Assembly (NCBI GenBank): GCA_047285805.1
Contig: JBJBCN010000002.1
Location: 1,216,001-1,280,000, forward strand
Direction of reading: 5' to 3'
Length of the DNA stretch: 64,000 nucleotides
Source of the DNA: Synechococcus sp.
GTDB lineage: Bacteria > Cyanobacteriota > Cyanobacteriia > PCC-6307 > Cyanobiaceae
In this document: positions 21,366 to 32,683 of the stretch, in pieces
Numbering within the stretch: the stretch's first letter is position 1
Layout: each line of letters opens with the position of its first letter
Position numbers and translations under genes: made by a program
Notes under the pieces: generated by a model
The model's database searches: none
The model's input: the letters and a program-made list of their open reading frames with translations, nothing else
What the model was told of the DNA's origin: nothing

Positions 21366-22642
21366 CAGACCACATTGGCAAGCCGTGCATCGGTATGGGC
21401 CTGATCCGGCGGTGGTAGCCAACGACCCTGGCGCAACACCCTGCGCTGCGGTGAATGGGCCAGGAATTCGGCCCAACTGCCGGCGCTGGTCAACAGCAGA
21501 TCCGCTGGTCCACCCACCCGCAACACCCCATCCCAGGCCAAGCCCAAGAGCCGTGCCGGGTTCGTCGTAAACGGCATCAATCCTTGGCGCTCCCAGGGGG
21601 GAGTGTGGGTGGCGCGAAAACTCAGGCGCAGCAAGTCCAGGGGATCGAAATCACCGCCCGGGTACCAAGGGTCCTGGACATTGTCGGCCCCCAGCGACAC
21701 CGCGACCCCCTCCTGCAGCAGCAGACGCATGGGGGCCAGGGGACGGAAGCCCGAGCTGACGCTCTGCTCACGGCCCAGCAACCAGAAATTCGTGGTCGGC
21801 AAGGCCACCACCGCCACCCCCAGGCGCTGCAACCGCTGCGCAAGAGGCCGGGCCTGGGCGGCCTTCAACAGTCCCATGCTGCTGGCGTGACTGCAGGTGA
21901 TCGGCACCCCCGGGTGAAACCGTTCTAGCCTCTGCACCAGCAGCTGGACCCCGGCGGCGGGGGCCTCGGTGGACTCATCGATGTGCAGGTCAATGCTGCA
22001 GCCCAGCTCCCCGGCCAAGCACAGCAGGGCATCAAGGTCCGCCGCATCGCGTCCGCTACTGGGATAGGGGGGACCCAGAACGCCGCCCAGCAATCCACCC
22101 GCGGCGGCCACCCGACTCGCCAAGGCCAAGCCCTCACTGGAGCGCCAGAGGGACAGGGGAGCGAGGGCGACCAACTGCAGCTCAATCCGTCCTGCCCAGC
22201 GCTGCTGGAGCTCAATCAGAGCCTGCCAGCTGGGCTCGGCGCAGGGGTCGCCGCTGTCGATGTGACTGCGCAAACCGCGCAGGCCGTAGCGCCAGGCCTG
22301 ATCGAGGGCCCGCTCACCGCGCTGCAGCACCTGCTCAGCCGTGCGTCCTTGCCCCTCCTGAAGATTCAAAGCCAGAGCCGCCTGCATCCGGCCGCTGTAG
22401 TTGGGAAAGTCCGGCCAACTGAAGGCCTTATCCAGATGGACATGGGGGTCCACCAATGGCGTCAGAGCCAAAGGCAAGCCTGAACCGCCGTAGGACTCGA
22501 TGGCGCTGAGCTGATCGCCTCGCCAACGCAACTCCACCGGCAACAGTCCCTGGGCATCGCCGCAGGGCAGATCGGTGCGTTGGGGATCCAACAGGGCCCG
22601 CGGCACCAAACACTGCAGCTGCTGCTCAATGCCTCGATCCAT
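21365..22642 (-). CDS. Cytosine-deaminase-like amidohydrolase
   Basis: DPHVHLDKA, DLHIDE, CSHA and GADNVQDPWYP. Confidence 0.9.
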   Translation of the reverse strand: MDRGIEQQLQCLVPRALLDPQRTDLPCGDAQGLLPVELRWRGDQLSAIESYGGSGLPLALTPLVDPHVHLDKAFSWPDFPNYSGRMQAALALNLQEGQGRTAEQVLQRGERALDQAWRYGLRGLRSHIDSGDPCAEPSWQALIELQQRWAGRIELQLVALAPLSLWRSSEGLALASRVAAAGGLLGGVLGPPYPSSGRDAADLDALLCLAGELGCSIDLHIDESTEAPAAGVQLLVQRLERFHPGVPITCSHASSMGLLKAAQARPLAQRLQRLGVAVVALPTTNFWLLGREQSVSSGFRPLAPMRLLLQEGVAVSLGADNVQDPWYPGGDFDPLDLLRLSFRATHTPPWERQGLMPFTTNPARLLGLAWDGVLRVGGPADLLLTSAGSWAEFLAHSPQRRVLRQGRWLPPPDQAHTDARLANVV

Positions 22643-22653
22643 CCCGAATGCGA

Positions 22654-23079
22654 TCAACGCTGCGCCAAACCCGGCGCCGCTTCCTCCGAACTCTGAACCA
22701 CCAAGAGCTGCCCTGCTCCCCCCAAGGTCACCGCGTGATAGCGGGGGATCGTCAATCCCGGCAACAGGGTCTGACCACCCAGTTCGGTCGTATAAATGCT
22801 GAACAGTCCGGCGTTGTAGCGGCGGCTGGAGGCCGCCGCCAATTGCCCCAACGCCTTGCGCTGACTGGCCACCAGCTGAGGGCAGTCCTGAATCACCAAG
22901 CGCGCGATCAGGGGAAGGGACCCAGACGCGCAAAGCTCGCGGGAGGCGGCGCGCACCAACTGATCGCCCGCGAAGGCCTCGAAGTCATCCGTCCCAGGGT
23001 TGGTCACCGCCAAAGCCACCACGGCCACACCGGCCGCCACGACCCAAGTCCAACGCCCATCACCCGGAGAATCAGCCAT
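22654..23079 (-). CDS. DUF4359-like protein
   Basis: N-terminal TM segment, TNP motif and RYNAGLFSIYTTE. Confidence 0.7.
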   Translation of the reverse strand: MADSPGDGRWTWVVAAGVAVVALAVTNPGTDDFEAFAGDQLVRAASRELCASGSLPLIARLVIQDCPQLVASQRKALGQLAAASSRRYNAGLFSIYTTELGGQTLLPGLTIPRYHAVTLGGAGQLLVVQSSEEAAPGLAQR

Positions 23080-23119
23080 CTATTGAGAGCCGTTGCATTG
23101 GTAGGATCGACTTGCCCTG

Positions 23120-23192
23120 GCGGGCGTAGCCAAGTGGTTAAGGCACCGGGTTGTGGTCCCGGCATTCGGGGGTTCAAGTCCCCTCGCTCGCC
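23120..23192 (+). tRNA. tRNA-His(GTG)
   Basis: Cloverleaf with ccggg-ttGTGgt-cccgg and an encoded G-1 at 23119. Confidence 0.97.
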
Positions 23193-23259
23193 CCTTCCAG
23201 AATCCCCTGATTCTCTCTGAGGACCAGGGGATTCGCCCTATTTAGAGCAAATCGCAGCG

Positions 23260-24321
23260 TCAATCCAGGGCCGCCAGCAGCCCAGAGCTTCCGTGGCGCA
23301 CTGGATCCCAGACGGGCAGACCGGTGAGTGCCTGCAAACACGCGCGCTCTTGCTCCGCCTGCTCCTTGTTCAACAGCGCGGTGTTCAGGCAGATCGCCCT
23401 GACCTTGGGACGCTGTCCATCGTGACGGGCCAGAGCCGCTATGGCCTCGTTGGCCGCGATCACCTCGGGGAGCGGCGGAATCGCCACGGGTACAGCACCC
23501 GGACGGGTGCGCACATGGCTCTGGCCAGCGCGATGCACCAACAGCAAGGCCGTCGGTTGGCTGCCTCGCATCAGGGGCAGGGTGGCTGTCGAACCAGGAT
23601 GGCAGAGGGAGCCCTGCCCTTCCACCAGCACCAAGGTCTCCGCCATGGCGCCCTCGGCAGCCGTCAGCACTGCCTCTTCCACAGCACCGGCGGCGTAGTC
23701 GACGCGCACCGCATCCAAGGCCACACCGTGGCCACTGATCAAGATCCCGGCCTGACCGGTGCCAACAAAGCGCACGTCGCGGCCCTGCCGCTGCCCCTCG
23801 CGCTGCAGCTCCAGGCAGGCGCTCATTTTGCCGACGGCCATATCGGAGCCGACCGCCAGCACCCGCCGGCAGGGCAGCGCCGCCGCGCGTGCGGTCGCGA
23901 CCTCCAGATCCGGGGGCTCATGGCGCAGATCCCAAATCCACTGCCCAGGAGCCAAGGCGATGGCCGCGAACTCCGGATCATCCGCCAGACGGCTGTGCAA
24001 ACCACTCGCCAGGCTCAATCCCGCCCGCAGGGCCAGGACCACATCGCTACGCATCTCCAGCGGCAGCCGTCCACCGGAGGGGGCTAAGCCCACCACCGCC
24101 ACCTCGGGGGCATAGGCCAAGGCCGCCTCCAAGTCGGCCACGACAGGAACAGAGCGCTGAATCCCCGTGACCGCTTCAAGCGACGCGCCGGCGTGAGCCG
24201 GGTCAACCACCGCCACGATTGGCCCGGAGCGATAGCGCAACATCGCCAGGCCGGTTTTGCCCGAGAGGTTGTCCAAGCCGCCGTGCAGCAGCACCACCAC
24301 TGGACGCTGAGCCGACAGCAT
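23260..24321 (-). CDS. DUF1611 P-loop protein
   Basis: GKTG, SGLH, GSDMAVGKM, TGQAG and EGQGSL. Confidence 0.9.
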   Translation of the reverse strand: MLSAQRPVVVLLHGGLDNLSGKTGLAMLRYRSGPIVAVVDPAHAGASLEAVTGIQRSVPVVADLEAALAYAPEVAVVGLAPSGGRLPLEMRSDVVLALRAGLSLASGLHSRLADDPEFAAIALAPGQWIWDLRHEPPDLEVATARAAALPCRRVLAVGSDMAVGKMSACLELQREGQRQGRDVRFVGTGQAGILISGHGVALDAVRVDYAAGAVEEAVLTAAEGAMAETLVLVEGQGSLCHPGSTATLPLMRGSQPTALLLVHRAGQSHVRTRPGAVPVAIPPLPEVIAANEAIAALARHDGQRPKVRAICLNTALLNKEQAEQERACLQALTGLPVWDPVRHGSSGLLAALD

Positions 24322-25376
24322 CAGCCCACCTCCAGGACGCCCAGGCCCGGGCGGTCCGCGGGTGCCAGTCGATCCCCCTGGCGATCCGGCCCCGAAAAGG
24401 GGTCATCCACCAAGTTGAGGTGGCTGTCGAGGTCCGGCCAGTGCACCAAGGGCAGCAGTTGGGCGGCGCCACTGTTCAGCAAGCCGCCATCGGAATAGCA
24501 ACCAAGCATCACCTTCAACCCCAAGCGATGGGCCGTGCGAGCCATGAGCAGTCCCTCACTCAGCCCCCCGGATTTCACCAACTTGATGTTGATGCCATCG
24601 ACATGGGGAGCCAGCCGCAGCAGATCGTTTAAGTCCCAGCAACTCTCATCGGCCACCAGGGGAATGGTTGCCAATCGATGCAACGCCGCAAAGCCAGCCC
24701 GGTCAGCCTCCCGATCCGCTAGGGGTGGCAGGGGCTGCTCCACCAGCACCACCCCCTGATCCGCCAACCAAGGAATCATTTGGCGAGCACCATCAAGGTC
24801 CCAACCGCCATTGGCATCGATCTGCAGCTCATCGCCGGGATGCAGGGCCGGCCTCACCCCCTCCACCAGCTGCCGGTCGTGGGCCAAACCATCGGGGGAG
24901 CCCAACTTCAGCTTCACCCGTGTGGCCGGCAGCAGCTGCCGCCAACGCTCCAGCCGCGTCAACACCGACGCCAGCGATCCCAGACCGAGGGTGATGCTTG
25001 TGGCCACACAGGCCGCGGGATCCAAGCCCCAAAGCCGATGCAGGGGTTGTCCGAGCCGCTGTCCCCACCAGTCGTGCAGGGCCAGATCCAAACCGCAGCG
25101 GGCCGGGGGGCTCAGCCCAGCCAATAGGGGCTCTAGGGCCTGCCAGGGCTGGGGCTTGAGGGACTCCAGCCGTGGCGCCAGGGCTTCGAGCTCCGCCGCA
25201 ACGGACTCGGTCGCGTAGTGCCGGTGCCCCGTATCGAAACCACCGGTCTCACCCCGGCCCGTAATGCCGTCCTGCTCCAGCTCCAGCAGGAGGTGCTCGA
25301 CAGCAGAGGTCGTGCCGCGGCTAATGGCCAAGGGCACCGCTTTGCTGAGGCGAAAACGGCTCAGACGGAGGCGCAT
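24321..25376 (-). CDS. Dipeptide epimerase (enolase superfamily)
   Basis: KLKLG, DANGGW, EQP, ADES and NIKL. Confidence 0.9.
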   Translation of the reverse strand: MRLRLSRFRLSKAVPLAISRGTTSAVEHLLLELEQDGITGRGETGGFDTGHRHYATESVAAELEALAPRLESLKPQPWQALEPLLAGLSPPARCGLDLALHDWWGQRLGQPLHRLWGLDPAACVATSITLGLGSLASVLTRLERWRQLLPATRVKLKLGSPDGLAHDRQLVEGVRPALHPGDELQIDANGGWDLDGARQMIPWLADQGVVLVEQPLPPLADREADRAGFAALHRLATIPLVADESCWDLNDLLRLAPHVDGINIKLVKSGGLSEGLLMARTAHRLGLKVMLGCYSDGGLLNSGAAQLLPLVHWPDLDSHLNLVDDPFSGPDRQGDRLAPADRPGLGVLEVG

Positions 25377-25446
25377 CGGGACTCAACAGCCCCTTTAAGC
25401 TGGCACGCATCGAAATGGCGCGCCGCCCATACCGGAAACTGGTGGC

Positions 25447-26832
25447 ATGACGGCGACACAACTGAGCGCTCCCCCAGCCACAACGGGACGGGGCAGCTAC
25501 TGGATCACGACCTTCGGCTGCCAGATGAACAAGGCGGATTCCGAGCGCATGGCCGGGATCCTCGAATCCATGGGTTACAGCGAAGCCACGGCTGAACTGG
25601 AGGCCGATCTGGTCCTCTACAACACCTGTACGATCCGCGATAACGCAGAGCAGAAGGTCTACAGCTATTTAGGGCGCCAAGCCCAGCGCAAGCGCACCAA
25701 CCCCAACCTCACCCTGGTGGTCGCCGGCTGCGTCGCCCAACAGGAAGGGGAATCACTGCTGCGCCGGGTGCCGGAGCTGGACCTGGTGATGGGGCCGCAG
25801 CACGCCAATCGCCTCGATGTTCTGCTGAACCAGGTGGAGCAGGGCCAGCAGGTAGTGGCCACCGAAGAGCACCATATCCTTGAGGACATCACCACCGCTC
25901 GCCGCGACAGCAGCATTTGCGGCTGGGTCAACGTCATCTACGGCTGCAACGAGCGCTGCACCTACTGCGTCGTTCCCTCGGTGCGCGGCAAGGAGCAGTC
26001 GCGTATACCCGAGGCAATCAAGCTCGAGATGGAGGGCCTGGCCGCCCAAGGCTTCAAGGAGATCACCCTGCTCGGGCAAAACATTGATGCCTACGGCCGC
26101 GACCTGCCCGGAATCACCCGGGAAGGTCGCCGGCAGCACACCCTCACCGATCTCCTCCAGTTCGTCCATGACGTGGAGGGGATTGAGCGCATTCGCTTCG
26201 CCACCAGCCACCCCCGTTACTTCACGGAACGGCTGATCGACGCCTGCGCCGACCTGCCCAAGGTCTGCGAGCACTTCCACGTCCCCTTCCAGAGCGGTGA
26301 CGACGATGTCCTTAAGGCGATGGCCCGCGGCTACACGGTGGATCGTTACCGCCGCATAATCGACCGGATCCGCGATCGGATGCCCGACGCCTCCATCAGC
26401 GCCGATGTGATCGTGGCCTTCCCTGGAGAAACCGAGGCACAGTACCGGCGGACGCTTGACCTGATCGATGAGATCGGCTTCGACCAGGTCAACACCGCTG
26501 CCTATTCCCCACGGCCCAACACCCCCGCCGCCGACTGGCCCAACCAGTTGAGCGAGGAGGTCAAAGTGCAACGCCTCCAAGAGATCAACGCCCTGGTGGA
26601 GCGCAAGGCCAAACAGCGCAGTGCCCGCTACGCCGGCCGCACCGAGCAAGTGCTGGTGGAGGGGGTGAACCCGAAACAAGCCGATCAGGTGATGGGGCGA
26701 ACCCGCACGAATCGCCTGACCTTCTTCCCCGCGACCCGCGCCGCTGGAGGCCAGTGGCAAGCCGGCGATCTAGTGGATGTACACATCGAAGAGGTCCGGG
26801 CCTTCTCCCTCAGCGGAGTAGCCCTGTCCTGA
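25447..26832 (+). CDS. miaB: tRNA-i6A37 methylthiotransferase
   Basis: GCQMN, the radical-SAM motif CNERCTYC and a TRAM domain. Confidence 0.97.
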   Translation: MTATQLSAPPATTGRGSYWITTFGCQMNKADSERMAGILESMGYSEATAELEADLVLYNTCTIRDNAEQKVYSYLGRQAQRKRTNPNLTLVVAGCVAQQEGESLLRRVPELDLVMGPQHANRLDVLLNQVEQGQQVVATEEHHILEDITTARRDSSICGWVNVIYGCNERCTYCVVPSVRGKEQSRIPEAIKLEMEGLAAQGFKEITLLGQNIDAYGRDLPGITREGRRQHTLTDLLQFVHDVEGIERIRFATSHPRYFTERLIDACADLPKVCEHFHVPFQSGDDDVLKAMARGYTVDRYRRIIDRIRDRMPDASISADVIVAFPGETEAQYRRTLDLIDEIGFDQVNTAAYSPRPNTPAADWPNQLSEEVKVQRLQEINALVERKAKQRSARYAGRTEQVLVEGVNPKQADQVMGRTRTNRLTFFPATRAAGGQWQAGDLVDVHIEEVRAFSLSGVALS

Positions 26833-26885
26833 CGCTGGCTGAGGGAGAAATCACTGATACGTTTGGCTCCTGATCTGACGCCCCT

Positions 26886-27980
26886 ATGAGCTCCGAAGCC
26901 ATCAAATTGGGGTTGGTGTTTGGGGGTGTTTCTGGCGAGCACGCCGTCTCGATTCGATCAGCGAACACCGTCGCCGCGGCCCTGCGCTCGGGGGCCAATG
27001 CCCAGCGCTATCAGCTCGACTGCTTCTACATCGACCAGCGAGGGCACTGGTGGCCTCCGACGGTCGCAGACGCGGTCTTAGCCAAAGGCACCCCCGCCGA
27101 GAGCAGCGAACTGCCCGCGGCACCCCTCAGGCAAGGGTTTCAAGGCTTCCCCGAAGGAGCCCTCGATGTGGAGCTCTGGGTACCCGTGCTCCACGGCCCC
27201 AACGGCGAAGACGGAACCATCCAGGGTCTGTTCAGCTTGATGCAGGTGCCCTTTGTCGGCTCAGGCGTCCTGGGTGGCGCGGTTGGCATGGACAAACAGG
27301 CCATGAAGGCCGCCTTTGCCGCCGCCGGTCTCCCCCAAGTTCCCTACGCCTGCGTGGATGCCAGCGACCTCGAAGCCGAGCCCGAGGCCCTCTCCCAACG
27401 CCTGGAAACGCAGCTGGGGTACCCCTGCTTCATCAAGCCCGCCAACCTCGGCTCCTCGGTCGGCATCAGCAAGGCCATCACCCGCACTGAGCTGCTGCAG
27501 GGCCTCGCCCTCGCCGCCCAGCACGACCCCCGAATCGTTGTGGAAAAAGGCATCCAAGCCCGCGAACTGGAATGCGCCGTCCTCGGCGGCCAGCAGATGC
27601 GTGCTTCGGTGCTCGGCGAGATCTGCTTCGAGGCCGATTGGTACGACTACGAGACCAAATACAGCGATGGCAAAAGCCACACCGTGATTCCAGCTGAAGT
27701 GCCCGAAGCCCTGAGTGTGCGGGCGCGAGCCATGGCCATCGCCGCCTGCAGAGCGGTCGGCGCGTCGGGACTCGCCCGAGTGGACTTCTTCTATGAGGAA
27801 ACGATTGGGGCGCTCTGGCTGAACGAGATCAACACCCTGCCCGGCTTCACCAGCCAGAGCATGTACCCGATGCTCTGGGCCAAGACAGGGTTACCGCTTG
27901 AGGAGTTGGTGCACGAATTGGTCCAGCTAGCGCAAGAATCAGCCCAGCCAAGCCACTCCAGGAGGACCGAAGCGGCATGA
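26886..27980 (+). CDS. ddl: D-alanine--D-alanine ligase
   Basis: [21 protein letters not shown] and NEINTLPG. Confidence 0.97.
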   Translation: MSSEAIKLGLVFGGVSGEHAVSIRSANTVAAALRSGANAQRYQLDCFYIDQRGHWWPPTVADAVLAKGTPAESSELPAAPLRQGFQGFPEGALDVELWVPVLHGPNGEDGTIQGLFSLMQVPFVGSGVLGGAVGMDKQAMKAAFAAAGLPQVPYACVDASDLEAEPEALSQRLETQLGYPCFIKPANLGSSVGISKAITRTELLQGLALAAQHDPRIVVEKGIQARELECAVLGGQQMRASVLGEICFEADWYDYETKYSDGKSHTVIPAEVPEALSVRARAMAIAACRAVGASGLARVDFFYEETIGALWLNEINTLPGFTSQSMYPMLWAKTGLPLEELVHELVQLAQESAQPSHSRRTEAA

Positions 27981-28387
27981 GTCACGGTCTGATCTGGCTC
28001 CCCTTGCTGGTGATCTTTCCCCTGATCACCGCCCTCGGCTGGCTAGAGCGACGTCGCCAGAACCTCTTTCGGGCCTGGGCGAAAGGGGCTGAACTGTCCA
28101 AACTCGACGATGGCGGCGGCGCCCGTCTGCTCGACGGCACCATTGCCTGGTGTGTCTTTGAGTCCGGCAATCTCAACGAGAAGGGGCGCTTTGAGGTCAA
28201 AGGACTCGATCAGGTCGATTTACTGGCCCTGGGCTCCGGCGAGGCGCCGCTGACAGAGGAAGCCCAGGGGGCTTGTCGGTTACGGCTGATGGGAAACGGT
28301 CAACAGGCTGATGTTCCATTTGCGGACGCTGAGCGCGCGCGGCGCTGGCGGGATCAACTGATGTCACGCTCCCGCTGCGAATTGTGA
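27977..28387 (+). CDS. Conserved hypothetical membrane protein
   Basis: N-terminal TM helix; translationally coupled between ddl and ftsQ. Confidence 0.75.
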   Translation: MSHGLIWLPLLVIFPLITALGWLERRRQNLFRAWAKGAELSKLDDGGGARLLDGTIAWCVFESGNLNEKGRFEVKGLDQVDLLALGSGEAPLTEEAQGACRLRLMGNGQQADVPFADAERARRWRDQLMSRSRCEL

Positions 28388-29223
28388 GCACGGCCTCCTC
28401 GCGCTCCGGCCAGGCCCTCGAGCGCAGACGCCAACTCAGGCAAGAACGCCGGCAAGAGCGTTGGAAACAGATCTGGCGCATTGCCGTCCTGACCGGAAGC
28501 TCGGGGGCCCTGGGATGGGGGCTTCTCAAGCAGGGTTGGGTCGTCCGCGATCCCGATCAGATCGAAATGCTGGGGAGCCGCCAGGTCAGCCGGGCCCAGG
28601 TCATCCGTGAGGGCAATCTGCAACTGCCGCTTCCCCTGCTGACGCTCCAGCCCAAGCAGCTGGCCCAACGCCTCTCAGCCGGCCTGCCGGTAGAGCAGGT
28701 CCAGATCAATCGGCTGATGCTCCCCCCTCGGCTGCAGATCTCCCTGGTGGATCGGGAGGCTGTCGCCCAGGCCCAACGCCGCAGCCGTAAGGGCATCGAG
28801 ATGGGCTACGTCGATCGGCTGGGCAATTGGATAACCCGGCGTCAACAATTGGCAAGTGCCCCCGCCAATGCACCCACGGTCCTGGTCCTGGGTTGGCAAG
28901 ACCGACTGCGCCCGGCACTGGCTCAAGTCCTGGCGGAGAGGGACGACCTGGGCAGCCCCCTGCTGCAGGTGCGTTTTGAGGCCAACGGCAGCCTTTGGCT
29001 CCGCACCGCAGCCCTGGGCGACATCCACCTCGGACCCACGTACGACAATTTGGGCAAGCGCCTGAATGTGCTGCGGCACCTCTCCGGCGAACTCCCCCGA
29101 CAGATCCACAACCTGAAGTTGCAATCGATTGATCTCAGTGACCCGAATCAACCCGAACTGACCCTACCGGCGAAAGCAAAACCAAAAGCAGCACCCACCA
29201 AGGTCACGGCCAGTAACCCCTAG
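28384..29223 (+). CDS. ftsQ: Cell division protein FtsQ
   Basis: Basic N-terminus, TM segment, POTRA-like region and IDL..P motif; directly upstream of ftsZ. Confidence 0.88.
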   Translation: MSTASSRSGQALERRRQLRQERRQERWKQIWRIAVLTGSSGALGWGLLKQGWVVRDPDQIEMLGSRQVSRAQVIREGNLQLPLPLLTLQPKQLAQRLSAGLPVEQVQINRLMLPPRLQISLVDREAVAQAQRRSRKGIEMGYVDRLGNWITRRQQLASAPANAPTVLVLGWQDRLRPALAQVLAERDDLGSPLLQVRFEANGSLWLRTAALGDIHLGPTYDNLGKRLNVLRHLSGELPRQIHNLKLQSIDLSDPNQPELTLPAKAKPKAAPTKVTASNP

Positions 29224-29319
29224 GCAAAACCCGTAAACGGTGACAGGGCGTTGCGCGAAAGCCTCTAGCCAGCAAAGGTATGTCGATCTAGTCCTGTGAT
29301 CTTCAGGATCAACGACATA

Positions 29320-30462
29320 ATGCAGCGAAGCACCAACGGCACTGCACCTGCTATGGAGATCGCACCCGAGGGCCTCAGTGCCGTCACCAGCAATGGCTCG
29401 GCTGGGATCGTGCCTAGTCAATCCGCACGGATCGAGGTGATCGGCGTGGGAGGCGGTGGCAGCAATGCCGTGGGCCGCATGATCCTCTCGGATCTCGAAG
29501 GTGTTGGATATCGAGTACTGAATACCGATGCGCAAGCCCTGCTGCAATCCGCATCCAAGCAACGGGTCCAGCTCGGACAGAAGCTGACCCGCGGCCTTGG
29601 GGCCGGCGGCAATCCGGCCATCGGTCAAAAAGCCGCCGAAGAGTCCCGCACGGACCTGGCCCAGACCCTCCAGGGTGCGGATCTGGTCTTCATTGCCGCT
29701 GGCATGGGCGGCGGAACCGGCACCGGTGCTGCACCGGTCGTGGCCGAAGTGGCCAAGGAGTGCGGCGCCCTGACCGTGGGCATCGTCACCAAACCCTTTG
29801 GCTTTGAGGGTCGCCGCCGCATGCGGCAGGCCGAAGAGGGCATTGCCCGCCTCTCCGAGCACGTGGACACCCTGATCGTGATCCCGAACGATCGGCTGCG
29901 GGAAGCCATCGCCGGAGCCCCCCTGCAGGACGCCTTCCGCGCCGCAGACGACGTCCTGCGCATGGGCGTCAAGGGCATCACCGACATCATCACCAAGCCT
30001 GGCCTGGTCAACGTTGACTTCGCCGACGTGCGCTCGGTCATGAACGATGCCGGCACGGCCCTGCTGGGTCTGGGTGTGGGCTCTGGCCGCTCCCGTGCCA
30101 GCGAAGCCGCCCAGGCGGCCATCAACAGCCCGCTACTCGAATCGGCTCGGATAGACGGCGCCAAGGGCTGCGTGATCAACATCAGCGGCGGCAAGGACAT
30201 GACCCTCGAGGACATGACCACCGCCTCCGAGGTCATCTACGACGTGGTCGACCCCGAGGCCAACATCATTGTTGGTGCGGTGGTGGACGAGAAGCTCGAA
30301 GGCGAGATCCACGTCACCGTGATCGCCACGGGCTTCGAAGGAGGCGGTGCCTATCGCCCCGAGCGGCCCTTGAACAGCTTTGTCGCCGGCGACAGCGGTG
30401 AAGGCGACCTGCCCGGCGCGGCGATCCCCTCCTTCCTGCTCAACCGCCAGAACAAAAACTGA
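29320..30462 (+). CDS. ftsZ: Cell division protein FtsZ (start 29320 or 29353)
   Basis: [16 protein letters not shown] and NVDFAD. Confidence 0.99.
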   Translation: MQRSTNGTAPAMEIAPEGLSAVTSNGSAGIVPSQSARIEVIGVGGGGSNAVGRMILSDLEGVGYRVLNTDAQALLQSASKQRVQLGQKLTRGLGAGGNPAIGQKAAEESRTDLAQTLQGADLVFIAAGMGGGTGTGAAPVVAEVAKECGALTVGIVTKPFGFEGRRRMRQAEEGIARLSEHVDTLIVIPNDRLREAIAGAPLQDAFRAADDVLRMGVKGITDIITKPGLVNVDFADVRSVMNDAGTALLGLGVGSGRSRASEAAQAAINSPLLESARIDGAKGCVINISGGKDMTLEDMTTASEVIYDVVDPEANIIVGAVVDEKLEGEIHVTVIATGFEGGGAYRPERPLNSFVAGDSGEGDLPGAAIPSFLLNRQNKN

Positions 30463-30520
30463 GCCCAGCGCTCAACCCAACAAAAAGGGGGCCATGGGCC
30501 TCTTTTTTTTCGCTTGATTG

Positions 30521-30622
30521 GGGTGACCCGGAATCCACGCCTGCCAAGAGCATCCCGTGTGGCTGCTCCCTTCCGGTCCTGACCAGATTTGGGCGTCCGG
30601 GCCGCGTGGGTCCGAGTCACCC
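30521..30622 (-). ncRNA. ffs: SRP (4.5S) RNA
   Basis: Long hairpin with tcaggaccggaagggagcagc (SRP domain IV, GGAA loop). Confidence 0.92.
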
Positions 30623-30662
30623 GGATGCTAGCAATGAGCCCCATCGAACCGGTGATCGCCAG

Positions 30663-31499
30663 GTGCGACCTGCTGATCTGCTCACGTGCAAGCAGGAGGG
30701 CCGGCCCATCGCCGTCCTGACCGCCTGGGATGCCCTCTCCGCGGCCCTCGTGGAGGATGCCGGCGCGGACGCGATCCTGGTGGGCGATTCCCTGGCCATG
30801 GTGGTGCTGGGGCATGCCACCACGCTTCCGATCACCCTGGAGGAAATGGTGATGCACACCCGGGCCGTGGGCCGAGGGCTGCTGCGCCCCAGCAATCAGC
30901 AGCCGCTGATCATCACGGACTTGCCGTTCCTCAGCTACCAGTGCGGCGTAGACCAAGCCGTGGCCGCCGCCGGGCAAGTGCTGAAGAACAGTCCCGCCGC
31001 CGCCGTGAAGCTGGAAGGCGGGGAACCGGAGACCTTGGCGGTGGTTGACCGCCTCGTGCGATCTGGCATCCCGGTGATGGGACACCTTGGGCTCACCCCC
31101 CAGTCGGTGCATCGCTTGGGCTATCGCCGCCAGGCCAATGACCCCATCAGCCAAGAACGACTGAAGCGCTGCGCCCGGGACCTGCAAGCCGCTGGATGCT
31201 TCTCACTGGTCCTCGAGCATGTGCCAGCTGCCTTGGCCGGGGCACTGAGCCAGGAGCTGACGATCCCTGTCATTGGCATTGGCGCCGGTGAGCAGTGCGA
31301 CGGCCAGGTGCGCGTCACCGCTGACCTTCTGGGACTGACGGCCAAGCAACCACCCTTCTGCCCGCCGCTTCTGCAGGGCCGAGAGCTGTGTGTTGAAGCC
31401 CTCAGGGGCTGGGTCTCGGCGCTTCAACCTGCTCCGCCCACCACGCCAGCCACTCCCTCAGAACCGCGTTACTCAGAGCCAAGCCCTCTGGATCACTGA
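30663..31499 (+). CDS. panB: Ketopantoate hydroxymethyltransferase
   Basis: [20 protein letters not shown] and GIGAG. Confidence 0.96.
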   Translation: MRPADLLTCKQEGRPIAVLTAWDALSAALVEDAGADAILVGDSLAMVVLGHATTLPITLEEMVMHTRAVGRGLLRPSNQQPLIITDLPFLSYQCGVDQAVAAAGQVLKNSPAAAVKLEGGEPETLAVVDRLVRSGIPVMGHLGLTPQSVHRLGYRRQANDPISQERLKRCARDLQAAGCFSLVLEHVPAALAGALSQELTIPVIGIGAGEQCDGQVRVTADLLGLTAKQPPFCPPLLQGRELCVEALRGWVSALQPAPPTTPATPSEPRYSEPSPLDH

Positions 31500-32604
31500 G
31501 CCGCCAGCGGCTGCCCTCACGGCGCAGCAAGCCGCGCTGGAGGTAGGGCTGCCAGCTGCGCTCTAGCTCCGCCTGATCCAAACCAACCAGGAGCGGCGCG
31601 AGCTGAACCCCCTCCCGCCGGCGCAGACCAACCATCACCCGCTCGTCGATCGCCATGGGCTGGGGAACTTGGGCCTCATCCCGCTCCCGTTGCAACCAGG
31701 CGGCGTAGGCCTCACGGGTTCGGGGCCGGGCTTGCCGTTCGCCGCACGGCGCGGCGGTCGCCCCCATGCCAAACCCCCACCAGCCGGCGCCGCTCCAATA
31801 GACGCGGTTGTGGCGCGAGGCGTGCCCCGGCTGGGCGTAGTTCGAGATCTCGTAGTGGCCAAAGCCCGCGGCGGCCAAGGTGCCGGCGGTCAGCTCCATC
31901 AAATCCGCGGAGAGGTCCTCCTCCGGCAGCTGGATTTGCCCGCGGGACTCCAACCGCTCAAAGACCGTCCCTGGTTCCACGATCAGGTCATAGACCGAGA
32001 GATGAGGTGGATCGAGGGCGAGAGCCTGGCCCAACTGCTGCCGCCAATGTCCGGCCGTGGCCCCCGGAAGGCCCTGGATCAGATCCAGGCTCCAACTCAT
32101 GAGCTCTCCCTGAGCCCGCGCCGCCTGCAACCAGGTGGCAGCCTCGATCAGATGAGCGCGGCGATGCCGGCGTCCTAGACGCTCCAGCACACCGTCATCA
32201 AAACTCTGGCCGCCGAGGCTGACGCGATTGACCCCCGCCTGCAGATAGCCCTGCAGACGCGCCTGATCAAAGCTGGCGGGGTCGAGCTCCAGGCTGATCT
32301 CGGCACCGGGCGCCAAGCCGAAGCGGTTCCTCAGGCTACGGAGCAGACCCTGGATTTGCGCGGCTGTGAGCATCGAGGGGGTACCGCCCCCCACATAGAC
32401 CGTGGAGAGGGGCGGTCCAGGGGGTGAGGCCTCGATCTCCGCCGCGATCAACTCCAGATAGGCCTCAATCGAGCGGCTGCCGGATTGCCCGGCGGCTCCG
32501 CCGGCGCGGTCCCCCAGTGGCACCACGGGAAAGTCGCAATAGAAACAACGCCGGTGACAAAAGGGGATGTGCAGGTAGGCGCTTCGGGGCGGCCTGGGCT
32601 CCAT
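31402..32604 (-). CDS. hemW: Radical-SAM heme chaperone
   Basis: [28 protein letters not shown] and HNRVYW. Confidence 0.92.
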   Translation of the reverse strand: MEPRPPRSAYLHIPFCHRRCFYCDFPVVPLGDRAGGAAGQSGSRSIEAYLELIAAEIEASPPGPPLSTVYVGGGTPSMLTAAQIQGLLRSLRNRFGLAPGAEISLELDPASFDQARLQGYLQAGVNRVSLGGQSFDDGVLERLGRRHRRAHLIEAATWLQAARAQGELMSWSLDLIQGLPGATAGHWRQQLGQALALDPPHLSVYDLIVEPGTVFERLESRGQIQLPEEDLSADLMELTAGTLAAAGFGHYEISNYAQPGHASRHNRVYWSGAGWWGFGMGATAAPCGERQARPRTREAYAAWLQRERDEAQVPQPMAIDERVMVGLRRREGVQLAPLLVGLDQAELERSWQPYLQRGLLRREGSRWRLSDPEGLALSNAVLREWLAWWAEQVEAPRPSP

Positions 32605-32683
32605 CGGCCGGTTACCTCCATGGGCCAAACCCGCCGCAATAGGGCATGCTGCTTTCGAGCGACTGGCAGCCACAGCACCCGCC